Assembly: GCA_030141605.1 (NCBI GenBank)
Contig: JAQGDQ010000737.1
Span: 1-64,000 of the forward strand
Length of the DNA stretch: 64,000 bases
Origin: Tubiluchus corallicola
Lineage: Eukaryota > Animalia > Priapulida
Direction: 5' to 3'
Part shown: one piece after another, positions 11,501-23,500 of the stretch
How the letters are laid out: each line of letters starts with the position of its first letter
Position numbering within the stretch: position 1 is the first letter of the stretch
The notes under the pieces: model-generated
Seen by the model: only the letters and a program-made list of their open reading frames with translations
Database searches by the model: none
Told to the model about the DNA's origin: nothing
Made by a program: the position numbers and the translations under genes

Positions 11501-14500
11501 ACGAACTGGTTACGACAATGCAACCATTCATGTTTCTGACTTCAGCAAACCGCTCACGCACAACGAAAATAAATTTGTGCGATCTGGGTGTGTCTATTCA
11601 GAAACAACAAAATGGCATCCTAGACCTTGCAAACCTAGGCGTGGTATATATACCAAAGGGCCCCATTACTACACAAGTAATGGTAACTATCTTACATATC
11701 GCTGCATATCTGCAGCAGCCAAAAATGTACACAGTTGTGATGGATACACCTGTTTTGAGCCTAATTGTAATATACACAGTGTATCGGACCACACAGGTGA
11801 AACTAAATGGACGTGTTATAAAAAGACCTACATGTGGTCCAATTGTGACAGTGTTCGCAAAGTGTTAGGCCATGTGGCTAAACATAAACGGACTTTTGCC
11901 AATATTTATAGTGCCTCGGATGATAATTTTGATTCGGAACAATGGCACCGCCAATTGGCAATATTAGTGTTGATTTTCAGTTTGCAGATGACGCATAACG
12001 TGATATGGACACGAAAAATGTGATCATCGGAATGTGTAATCATGTGACATATTTGTATATAGTGGCTGATTTTTTTTATCTTTTAAATCTTACGTGATAT
12101 CTTTAATAAAGCAATGTTCTTTATTCTGCATATAAGAATGGAGTTAACAAATTTTAATTGAATGCATGACTCGAATATCTGTCTATATATTATCTGTGCA
12201 CAAAGGGCAATTTTTTAGCATTCCATTATAAGTCAGATTGTGAGCTTAACTTCAGCTTAAAAACTTAGCTGGCAAAATTTTAGCTAGACTATGAGCATCG
12301 TACATCATATTTCAGCACAGGTCTGATAAAAGTATTGATCGCGCTGTAATTCTCTGAATGATAATATTTATTGATTACATCACTAGATCTATATTGCCAA
12401 GACTTGTGTATTGAGCTATACTTAGTAAATAATGTACTCATTAAAAATACTTCTCAAAAGCAACTTGATAATTGAGCGCTAGCTTTTTCCTATGTGTATT
12501 TGAGATAGAAACAGATAACAGTGAGACAAAGTCTTCTTCATTATATTTATTAGAAAATTATTAGAAAAGCACACCATCAAAAATCAGTTATTCACAAGTG
12601 AATGCAAATCATAAGCCTCTGAAATTTTTGCTGAAAACAAAACAGAAAACTGGCACCCGTTATACTCGAATTCTTGCGTCTGTCGAACAGACTCATTGAA
12701 TAGATTTTCTCTTTCATTTTTCTTCTTACAAAACATTGCATAACTTGAAATCTGTAACTCGGATTATTGTGTAAATCAAACCAAATTCCTGATAAAATCT
12801 AACTGAAATTAGCCCTCCCCTTTTAGAACAACCTCCCAAGCGAAAAATCCTACGTGAAAGTGTGCACCACATTACGGTTTTAACCAGTTTCGAACTTTGC
12901 GTCAGTGTTGCAGCATTTCTACACGTTAATAGTGCAATTGAAAGGAATGACGATTTCTCCATTTCGTTTCGAGTCTCTCGATTGCCCCCGAAGCTTTTTT
13001 GTGGTGACATTTGCATCACTTTTTCAATAAAATCCGTGCACCTATGCAAGTCGACTACGCTTACTATTTGTTTACAAGTTCTTTTACTTCTTTAATGCTT
13101 TTTAAATGTCATTACACTTTTAAAATTAATTGTGATCTTACAGATTAACCGTATCCAATTATAGAACAAAATCTTACTCCAAATACACAACTGATGGTTA
13201 CCTAGCATGTAAAATATTTTAAGTTGAAATATCGTCTTTTGTTTTTGTAAAACTGTAAGCGTTCATGACATTATCATTAGCTGTGTTAACTAGAGTGACC
13301 GTGCTCTGAGCAGGGGCATTAACTACTTTCTAAGCGGCAGACGGTTTTGACTTACCCACATCCCACGTGACATTTGTAGTTAAAATGCCTCACAGACCAA
13401 GCTAATGTAATAGTAGCAGTTTTAACAGCTAGCTAGAACCTTACCTAGAATAGCAGAACCAAAGCAAGATCCTGCTACTAAATCACTCTACACACAGACT
13501 AATGCATACTTAAATAAAGTCCACGCAAAAAAACAACGTTACTGAACAGATGCGGCAAATGGCATTGACTTACCCACATCTCATGTGACATTTGTAGTTA
13601 AACTGCGTTGCTGTGGTACACTTAACCTTTGACCTACAGCAATTGCGCGTGCATGCAACGAAACTGTGAAAAGGGTTATTGCAAAGGAAATTTCACAAGC
13701 TTTACTAAAATTTAACAAAAGAATCGAACGCTGCATTAATTAAATCTACGTTTTCTAATTAATTAATAAACTGCATAATTAAACAAAAACAGTAGACAGT
13801 TGTGCATGTAGTCAAAAAACGCGTGACATTTACAAATTAAAAATTAAACTGAAAACCATGCACACCAAGACAATGGAAACTGAAAGCGATGCAGACCGAA
13901 AACGTCCCAGATCCAAAATGATGCAAATTAAAAACAATATACACTAAAAAAAAAAAGCACGCTGAAAGCAGTGCACATTAAAAACAATGCACACTAACAA
14001 CAAAGCACACCAAGAACAATGCACACTAAAAACAATACACACTAAAAATGCACGCTAAAAACTGCACATTAAAACCAATGCACATTAAAAACAATACACA
14101 CTAAAAAAAATGCACGCTGAAAGCAGTGCACATTAAAAACATTGCACATTAAAAACAATGCACATTAAAAACAATACACACTAAAAATGCACGCTAAAAA
14201 CAGTGCACATTAAAACCAATGCACATTAAAAACAATACACACTAAAAATGCACGCTAAAAACAGTGCACATTAAAACCAATGCACATTAAAAACAATACA
14301 CACTAAAAATGCACGCTAAAAATAATGCACATTAAAAACAATACACACTAAAAATGTATGCTAAAAACAGTGCACACTAAAAACAATGGACGCTAAAAAC
14401 AGTGCACACTAAAAACAATGGACGCTAAAAACAATGCACATTAAAAATGACACAAACCAAAAACAATGCACACCTAAAATAATGCGCAACAAAAACAATA

Positions 14501-17500
14501 CATACTAAAAGCACTGCATGCCAAAAACAATGCACTAAAAACAAACGGCATAGTTTGATGGTTTTAGTTACTTTTCGCAATCAGTATTAGTGTAAATAAA
14601 TCTTTTTTTAGTTTTTTATCTGAAAGAACGGTGACTAACTTTTCGAACACTCGGTACGATACTTACTTTCAACAAACCATAACATCGTTTATAAACATAA
14701 ACTTGTATTTCAGAAGATGGATGAGACAGAAGCTTGAGCAATAGCAGCTGACTGGGCTTTTGTAAATTCGCATTCAAACTTTTTTCTTTACTTCTTCATA
14801 TGGAAAGAAAAGAGAAAATCAAGCTAATTACTAATTAACGTGGAAAACTTTGCAAACACACAGTTAAGGAGTATTGCAAAACTAAAGATAGGATTCCATG
14901 TATGCGTAATGTATGATCCGTATTCATTCAAGTGTGATCGCTCTCTCGTTTAAACACGTATCACGGGAACTACTGTTGTCTAGGTTTTTTAGTTTTTTTA
15001 ATTTATTTGATATGATATGTGGCCAATCAAGATACATTTTACGAAAAATCCACACCAATTTACAGACAATTTTTATTACAGGCACCTAAAAACATTCATA
15101 GTTAAAAACAACACAACTTTATTAAACCTTTTACATTAAAAAGTTAAAATCATGCACTGCACTATACTCTGCACTGCTAGCACCGCTTTTCAGAATCAGC
15201 ACCCCCAGTAATTTTAACTGAGCCGTAACTGAAGCTGTCTGTTGTTACTTTTTAGGCCCCTATGAATATCAGTTAGAAATCCAACTTGAGGGTTCGCTCT
15301 CAGTGGTAAGTCTTACCGACTAACTTCACGAAAATGAAGGACTGATTGGGGTTATTGCCCTGCTTATTCTGGACTCAGACAAGCTCAGATTGCAGGAAAC
15401 CGGTCTCAATTTTTCAACATTTTCTCGGGGGAGACCTCCCCGTCTCCGGCTCCCTCTTTCGGCACTCAAAGTAGTACACCAAACAGTCCATTCTTAGACA
15501 TTCCGGGGCCCCTCCTTTTTAAACATCCTGGATCCACCCCTGTACCTTCACACTTGTATGAGCAATGGCAACAACTTGGATGACATTCCGACACCCCTCC
15601 TTTTTAAACATCCTGGATCCACCCCTGTACCTTCACACTTATATGAGCAATGGCAACAACTTGGATGACATTCCGGGGCCCCTCCTTTTTAAACATCCTG
15701 GATCCACCCCTGAACCTTTACACTTATATGAGCAATGGCAACAACTTGGATGACATTCCGGGGCCCCTCCTTTTTAAACATCCTGGATCTACCCCTGTAC
15801 CTTTACACTTATATGAGCAATGGCAACAACTTGGATGACATTCCGACACCCCTCCTTTTTAAACATCCTGGATCTACCCCTGTACCTTTACACTTATATG
15901 CGCAATGGCAACAACTTGGAAGACATTCCACACTCCTATATTGTTCAGCAAACTACACACAAGGAAGCAACACACAGTCTAGCTAAGAAACATCAAACCC
16001 GGATAACTTACATAACCGAACACAAGTTTATGCACTGGCGAATATATTCAAAATAACGGTGATACGGCAGGCTAGAAAGAGCTTCGTCGGCTAAATGCAG
16101 CTTCTCTGCTTCGTTACCCTGCGTACAAAACAAAACTTCAGCTTAGTGCAACGATTAAGATGTAAAAGAAAAAGATTGTCACTATTGCTGCTATAATATG
16201 AAAGAGAATTTTAAATCTTCAGTGAAACAGAGAATTTAACAAAAACTAATTATTTAGGATCCTAACTTAGCAGCGGGTTTGTTCCAATAATGAAGATGAT
16301 ATTATTTACTGAAATCTAATAATTTGTTAACCCTTTCAGTCCCAAATTATTTTTTTAATAAGAAAAAAAATTTTGGCTTGGTACTTTTGTTCAGTATGTC
16401 CATCTTGTTCACACATAATAATTATTTTTTTCTGTCTGTGCCTGCGTGCTAAATGCAGCCTGTATCCCACGGGATACATTGGGATTCAATGGAAGCATAA
16501 AATGTGCTTCATTTTGCAACTGCTGATAATTTTTTAAAGTATTTAAGACATTTAGTATGCATGCCATGCTGATCTGTACAAAGTCGTCTCTAAAGTACTG
16601 TACCTTGCGCAGTTTTTAATGCTATGTAGGTTTTCTAGTTTGCCATTTTATCACCATTTTAGTCTATTGTTATTGGCTTAAATCAAAATAACTATTAACA
16701 GATCAAATAACTGTCAGTTTTAAAATTTTATTAATTTTAAAGGCAGAAAATATTCTCGTATCCCACGGGATACAACGGGTATGAAAGGGTTAAAAGAAGT
16801 TGAGTTTGCTATTCTCTTTTTTTCGACATTAAATCGTTGCTTACATAACAGCTCATATTTTACAAAGCTCAGTGAGGTTTTTCTCAATTATCCATAAATT
16901 TACATTATGTTAAACAAACAAAAGGCTGAATTCTTTATACCTACGATAAATGAATTAGGTGATCTTAACTGTTTATCAAAATTTAGCTTCTTTACTATAT
17001 GAAAGCATTAAGTACATACAAATTAGAAAAAAAAACATGTAACTATAGTACGAACCATACAAAGAAATAATCATGTTAAAATATTAAATCATATAATCAG
17101 TAAAAGATTCTCATATTTAATATTATATATATTAAATTATATGAAAGAATATTAAATCATCTTAACATTTCTAATTTCATTTACGATATTATTGATTTTT
17201 TTTCTGTTTACATTATCCTACACGGAGGAGTATTTACATAGTTGTATTCATCGGATTGCATGAGAATGTGGGATTCTTATACAAATCACCAAAGATGAGA
17301 CCAATAACTAATCTAGATTAAGAAGAAATGATGGAGATTTTATCATGCTTTTCGGCGGTAGAGGGCGTTATAAAAACATAACATTCGAGGTTAGAGCTTT
17401 GATGATGGCACCATTTTCGACAATCTATACATCAAACGAAGTCTCGATCCCGTCCTTTACCAATGGGAGTTTATTCTTCGAATTGGGGCTACCGGGAGGA

Positions 17501-20500
17501 ACGCGGGGCAAAAAACATCTAAAAATGGCCGTTATTTACACATTTTTTACAAAGCATACCACTCATTTCAACTGAGCGGGAACGTGCCAGGGGTGGCGCT
17601 GGTAATGATTGGATAGCCCGTTCAACGGTGTATGTAGTATGCATATTTAGAATTCATGGGCGAGCCATAGCTTCCCGTAACTGTCCTTTTGCTGGACCCA
17701 ACTCCTGATTTTTTCTAAATTTTGACAGAACACCATATAAAAACGTTCTAGTGTCACTCTCGGAAGGAAGTATATAACTCTTTAGAAAGAGCAAAAACAG
17801 GGCTACATGATGATGTGAGTCATATTTTAGGATGCCTCCACCAAGAGAAGCGGTGATTGCAGGTTCCACTTTGGGCGATTCTCATTTAGAACCTACAGCG
17901 ATGTTTGCATTGTTGTGACGTCATTCCATTCTACTCTGCCTAGAACTTTAATTCAGTAAACGCTACTGCTGCTTTTGCATTGAGTAAATAGATAAACACT
18001 GCATAGGTTGTGCGTGCATTATTGATTATAAGTGCATTTACATGCAAATTTTTTGTGGGGACTTTGCTAGTATGAACATTAATTTGCTAATGAGTGTCTG
18101 CTGCATCCTCTTGAATCCAGTGAGCATGCAGTTTTCAGGAATACAATTTTCTGGAATTCCATAGATAAGAAGACCGTGAAAAAACTGGATTTATGAGGAT
18201 GTTGGGGTTTTGTGGGGTTGTGGTTTGTTGGTTTTGTGTGGGTGGTTTTGGTTTTTTGGTTATAGATAAGAGACCGTGAAAAAACTGGATTTATGAGGAC
18301 TGTCTAAGGGAAGAACAGTCAGTAACAGCAGAAGAACAGATACTGTGAGCAAACTATTGGCATTTAGGAATCAATAACTAGACTATTAAAAACTAGTAAC
18401 TAGTTAATGTCAGCTTGGCTATTTACTTATTTAGCTAATTCGGTTAGACAAAAACAAACCAAATCTTTCGGAAATCACAATTTTCAATTAGACAAAAATG
18501 ATGTTTCTAGAATGTTTCATGAAAAATTAAAATCTTGCAGATTCCTAGAAGTAACTTCTGCGGGGAAATTGATTTGGGCAGAACGACGAACAGAATCAAT
18601 GATTTACTTCCGCTAATTTTAACTCTTTACCTGTTTATTGCACATCATTAAAAACTGGCAACACTTGTCGACCGATCCGCAAACGTCTTTGCATCGTCGG
18701 AACGTATCATGCAATTCAGCATCAATGCTTGACATATATTTGACTAGGTCATGTGACAGAGATGGAAGGGCACGGGAAAACGGTAAATCCGCAACGATGC
18801 CCGCTAACACAGACCTCAGTTCTTCAGGAATTACGCCAGAAGCCTGAGATAAAGAAAGCAACATAAGTATATATGTAGCATTGTAATGATCCATGTCTGA
18901 CGCAACATAATCACATATGTAGCATCGTAATAATCAGTGTCTGTCGCAATGGAAGCACATATGTAGCATCGTAATGATCAGTGTTTGATGCAACATAAAC
19001 ACGTATGTAGCATAGTAATGAACAGTGCTTGCTGCAACATAAGCACATACGTAGCATTGCAATGAACAGTGTTTGATGCAACATAAGCACATATGTAACA
19101 TCATAATGATCAGTGTTTGAGGCAACATAAGCACATGCGTAGCGTGGTAATGATCAGTGTTTGATGCAACATAAGCACATACGTAGCATCGTAATGATCA
19201 TTGTTTCATGCAACATGTGCACATATGTAGCATCAAATTGATCAGTGTTTGATCCAACATAAGCACATATGTTGTGATGCGACATAAGCAGATATGTAAC
19301 ATTATAATGATCAGTGGTTGACGCAACATAAGCACATACATAACATCGTAATGATCGGTGTTTTACACAACATAAGCACATATGCAGCATCGTAATGATC
19401 AGTGTTTTACACAACATAAGCACACACCTAACATTGTAATGATCAGTGGTCGACACAACATAAGCACATATGTAGCATCGTAATGATCAGTGTTTGATGC
19501 AACATAAGCACATATGTAGCATCGTAATGATCAGCGTTTGACTTTAGTTAGCAAGATAAACAAAAACATTTGCCCAAACTACAAAAAGTGAAGGATCATC
19601 AATCAAAGTTCACTTTTCATCAAAAAAGAAGCAAAGACAAAGAAAGGATTTATTTAAAGTATTTAACAGACAACTTTAGCACTAATGGGTATTTAGCGAC
19701 TTACATTTTACAACAATACAAGTAGGAATGCATCATGCAATTAACGAATGATATGCAGGGTAAATGTAAAGTCAGCTGCTCCTAGAATCGAACTCAAGAT
19801 TGAAACCACTCGGGCACCTCACCTATGACAATCAGAACCCAAGCAACTTATTACCTGTTAATGAAACCATGCTTGCATACCTGTTCTTGGGCAACAGTAG
19901 CTAACAGCAACCGAATCAACATTGAAGCAAGATACATGTATTTTAATCGACTCAGCCTTGTATCAACGTGCTGGTCTGGCAGAGACAAATGAAAAAGTAT
20001 CGTACCAAGATCCTCCAGTAAATGCTCTAAACTTGTAGACTAAAATAAACAAAATATTAAACACGTAACAAGAAGTTGAAGAAGAAAGAATGGTTAGATC
20101 ATATTAAAGAAGAATAAGGATAAATGTTCACAGATCTAGTTAAAAAGAATTGGCTCATTAGGAAGACAGAGGGTGGCTAGTTCGTCACATGACTTTCTTT
20201 CCTCCCTAGGATATCACCAAATCCTGTAAATCCTCGCGTAATGACTCCCCGTTTAGCGAATTTTCGTTTTAACGACGCTGACCTTTTGACTTCTTGTTTT
20301 CATTTAAAGATGCACATTTTGCTTTAGCGACAATTTTTTTACTTTCCTCAAGGCAAATTTTTATTTCGTGAGCAACATTTTTACCTAATTTGATGCATTA
20401 AAAATGGTATCTATTGCATTATTCTATTCTAAAAATGTACAACTAACAAAAACACTACAATTATTATGTTTTTGCTTCCTGACTGACTACGAGCCATGGG

Positions 20501-23500
20501 TGGTGCTGGCTATGGATAGATAGCCCGTTCAGCGGTGGGTATTTTTCTTATTAAAAGAAAGCCCAAGCCTGAGAAAGCACAAAGGAAACACTGGGAAGTT
20601 CGGCTTGTTTTTATGTTCGCAAAAATGTTAGAAGGATTTAGTAATAAAAACTGAAATAAGCGCCTCATGTAACCAGTAAAATCAATTTAAATTCACGATC
20701 ACTTCATGCTTGGACACTCCCATTTTCAATGCCCATTCTTCTTCCAATGACGTCATTCGTCTTGAAGAAAAGTAGTGCACTGTCAATTTTTGTCAAAAGT
20801 ATAAGTTTTTACAAAAAATTAGATAGGTAATTTTGTAATATTTTTGCACGAACATTAGGTAATCTGCAGAAGTTTGAATTAGTTTAAGCAGTGCGCGCTT
20901 ACGGAAAGCCACGATGCGCTTGCGGAAAGTCACAAAGTCTCCCAGTTACGTCATGATTTTCAAGTGAATGGAGGAAACCACCACGCCTGAAAATTTCTGT
21001 TCAGAGGTAGTATAATTTAAATTTATGCTTTATAGGCAGTTCTTTGTTATATTTTTCTAAGTTTAAGTGATAGCAGTAAAATAAACCTAACATACTAAGT
21101 GACTTGTTCTTTCCTTTAGCACACCACAAACAGTTTAAGTGATAACAGTAAAATAAACCCGAGATACTGAGCGACTTGATCTTTCCTTTAGCACACCACA
21201 AACAGTTTAAGTGATAACAGTAAAATAAACCCGAGATACTGAGTGACTTGTTCTTTCCTCTAGCACACCACAAACAGTTTAAGTGATAACAGTAAAATAA
21301 ACCCAACATACTGAGTGTCTTGTTCTTTCCTTTAGCACACCACAAACAGTTTAAGTGATAACAGTAAAATAAACCCAGCATATTGAGTGACTTGTTCTTT
21401 CCTTTAGCACACCACAAACAGTTTAAGTGATAACAGTAAAATAAACCCAACACATTGAGTGACTTGTTCTTTCATTTAAATCTAACGAAAGAAGAACTTT
21501 TACTTACAATCTCCTTGGCCAAATTAGTCCTTTTATACCAAATAGTAGGAGTAATAGTTTCTTGTGTTAGTTTAACAGCCCAGTGCAGTAACAAAGCTGT
21601 CGGGTGAATCACATTCCACCTGCAAAAATACAAAGTACAAAAAAATTTATTTAATAGTATTTAATATAAATAAATAATAACTAATAGTATTTATTTAATT
21701 TTATTTAATAGTTTCTTGTGTTAGTTTAACAGCCCAGTGCAGTAACAAAGCTGCCGAGTGAATCACATTCCACCTGCAAAAATACAAAGTAGAGAATTAT
21801 TTATTTACGGTTTTCATTGTTTATTGACTCCATAGCAGAAATATAAATTCGATTTTAAATAATTATTTTAGTACGTTTGGACCGATCGATACTCAGTGTA
21901 TCAAGCAGTTACAATTTAAATTTGAAAGACTAGTTACTATATTTCACACAAAATTTTAAAAAATCTTACCGAAGTCACATCATTTACACTGTTACCAAAT
22001 TGGGCATATATGAAGAAGGCGTAAATCTGCATGTACCGTAATTTTATGAAGCCAGACTTGCGGCTTCATGGCGCCATGGACTATTTACATTCGATGCTGT
22101 AATTCTTTAGTCGGCCCAGTAATCCTACACGCTTGATTATGTATCACTTGCAATGGTTAACCTAACAAAACTGTACTGGCAGATCAAGTGTTATGTTGGA
22201 CAGACTAACATGCAAAAGTCTAAATTACCCGCACTGCTGAATCAGAGACGTAGCTGCTTTCAAGATGCTCACATAGTAATCCACACGCTTAGTAATCCTA
22301 CACGCTTGATTATGTATCACTTGCAATGGTTAACCTAACAAAACTGTACCGGCAGATCAAGTGTTATGTTGGACAGACTAACATGCAAAAGTCTAAATTA
22401 CCCGCACTGCTGAATCAGAGACGTAGCTGCTTTCAAGATGCTCACATAGTAATCCTACACGCTTGATTATGTATCACTTGCAATGGTTTTGTGGGTGTGT
22501 TTGTTGGGTTGGTTTTGTGTGTGGGTGTGTTTGTGTTGTTGGGTTAACCTAACAAAACTGTACTGGCAGATCAAGTGTTATGTTAGACAGACTAACATGC
22601 AAAAGTGTAAATTACCCGCACTGCTGAATCAGAGACGTAGCTGCTTTCATGACGCTCACACAGTAATCTGGTAAGAGAATTTGAGCTGATGGACAAGTGG
22701 AGGTACTCATCTCTTCGTGTATGAATGGCTCTTGACTGCCGGCACTGTCATCTGTCATGGTTATGCTTTCTGGTGTAGCATTTCTGCTGCTGCAAAACAT
22801 CAAATAGACAGTCATGCTTTCTGGCGTAGCATTTCTGCTGCTGCAAAACACCAAATAGACAACTTCCACATTCGCATAACACACAAAACAAGCATAATTC
22901 TCCACAAAAAAAAACTGAGGCAATCTGGCAGACAAGCCAGCTCAAAAGCCTGCTGGTCACCCACTCATTTCCTTACCGGGCTTAGTCTTGCTTCACTTTT
23001 GCCAATAATACCTTTAATCAGCTTATTAAAGGAAAGCCCAAGCCTGGAAAAGCACAAAGGAAAGTTGGGCTTATTTTTACGTTTGCAAAAAAATGTTAGA
23101 AGGATTTAGAATAAAACTGCAGTAAGCACTTCGTGTATTTAGTAAAACCACTTTAAAGTCACGATCACTTCATGCTTGAACGCTCCCATTTTCAATGCCC
23201 ATTCTTCTTCCATGGACGTCATTCGTCTTGAAGAAAAGTAGCGCACTGTCAATTTTTGTTAAAAGTATAATTTTTTACAAAAAAATAGATAGGTAATTTT
23301 GTAATACTTTAGCGTGAACATTAGGTAAGCTGCTGAAGTTTTAATTAGTTTAAACAGGGTGCGCTTACGGAAAGTCACGAAGTCTCCCAGTTACGTCATG
23401 ATTTTCAAGTGAATGGCGGCAACAACCACGCCTGAAAATTTCAGTATTATATTTTAAATTTATACTTTATAGGCAGTTCTTTGCAATTTTCTTTGTATTT

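Noticed and set aside
21970-22100. Candidate extra RTTN exon ending at a GTAAG donor
   Set aside because: The flanking exons already join in phase and collinearly with rotatin, and most frames here contain stops.
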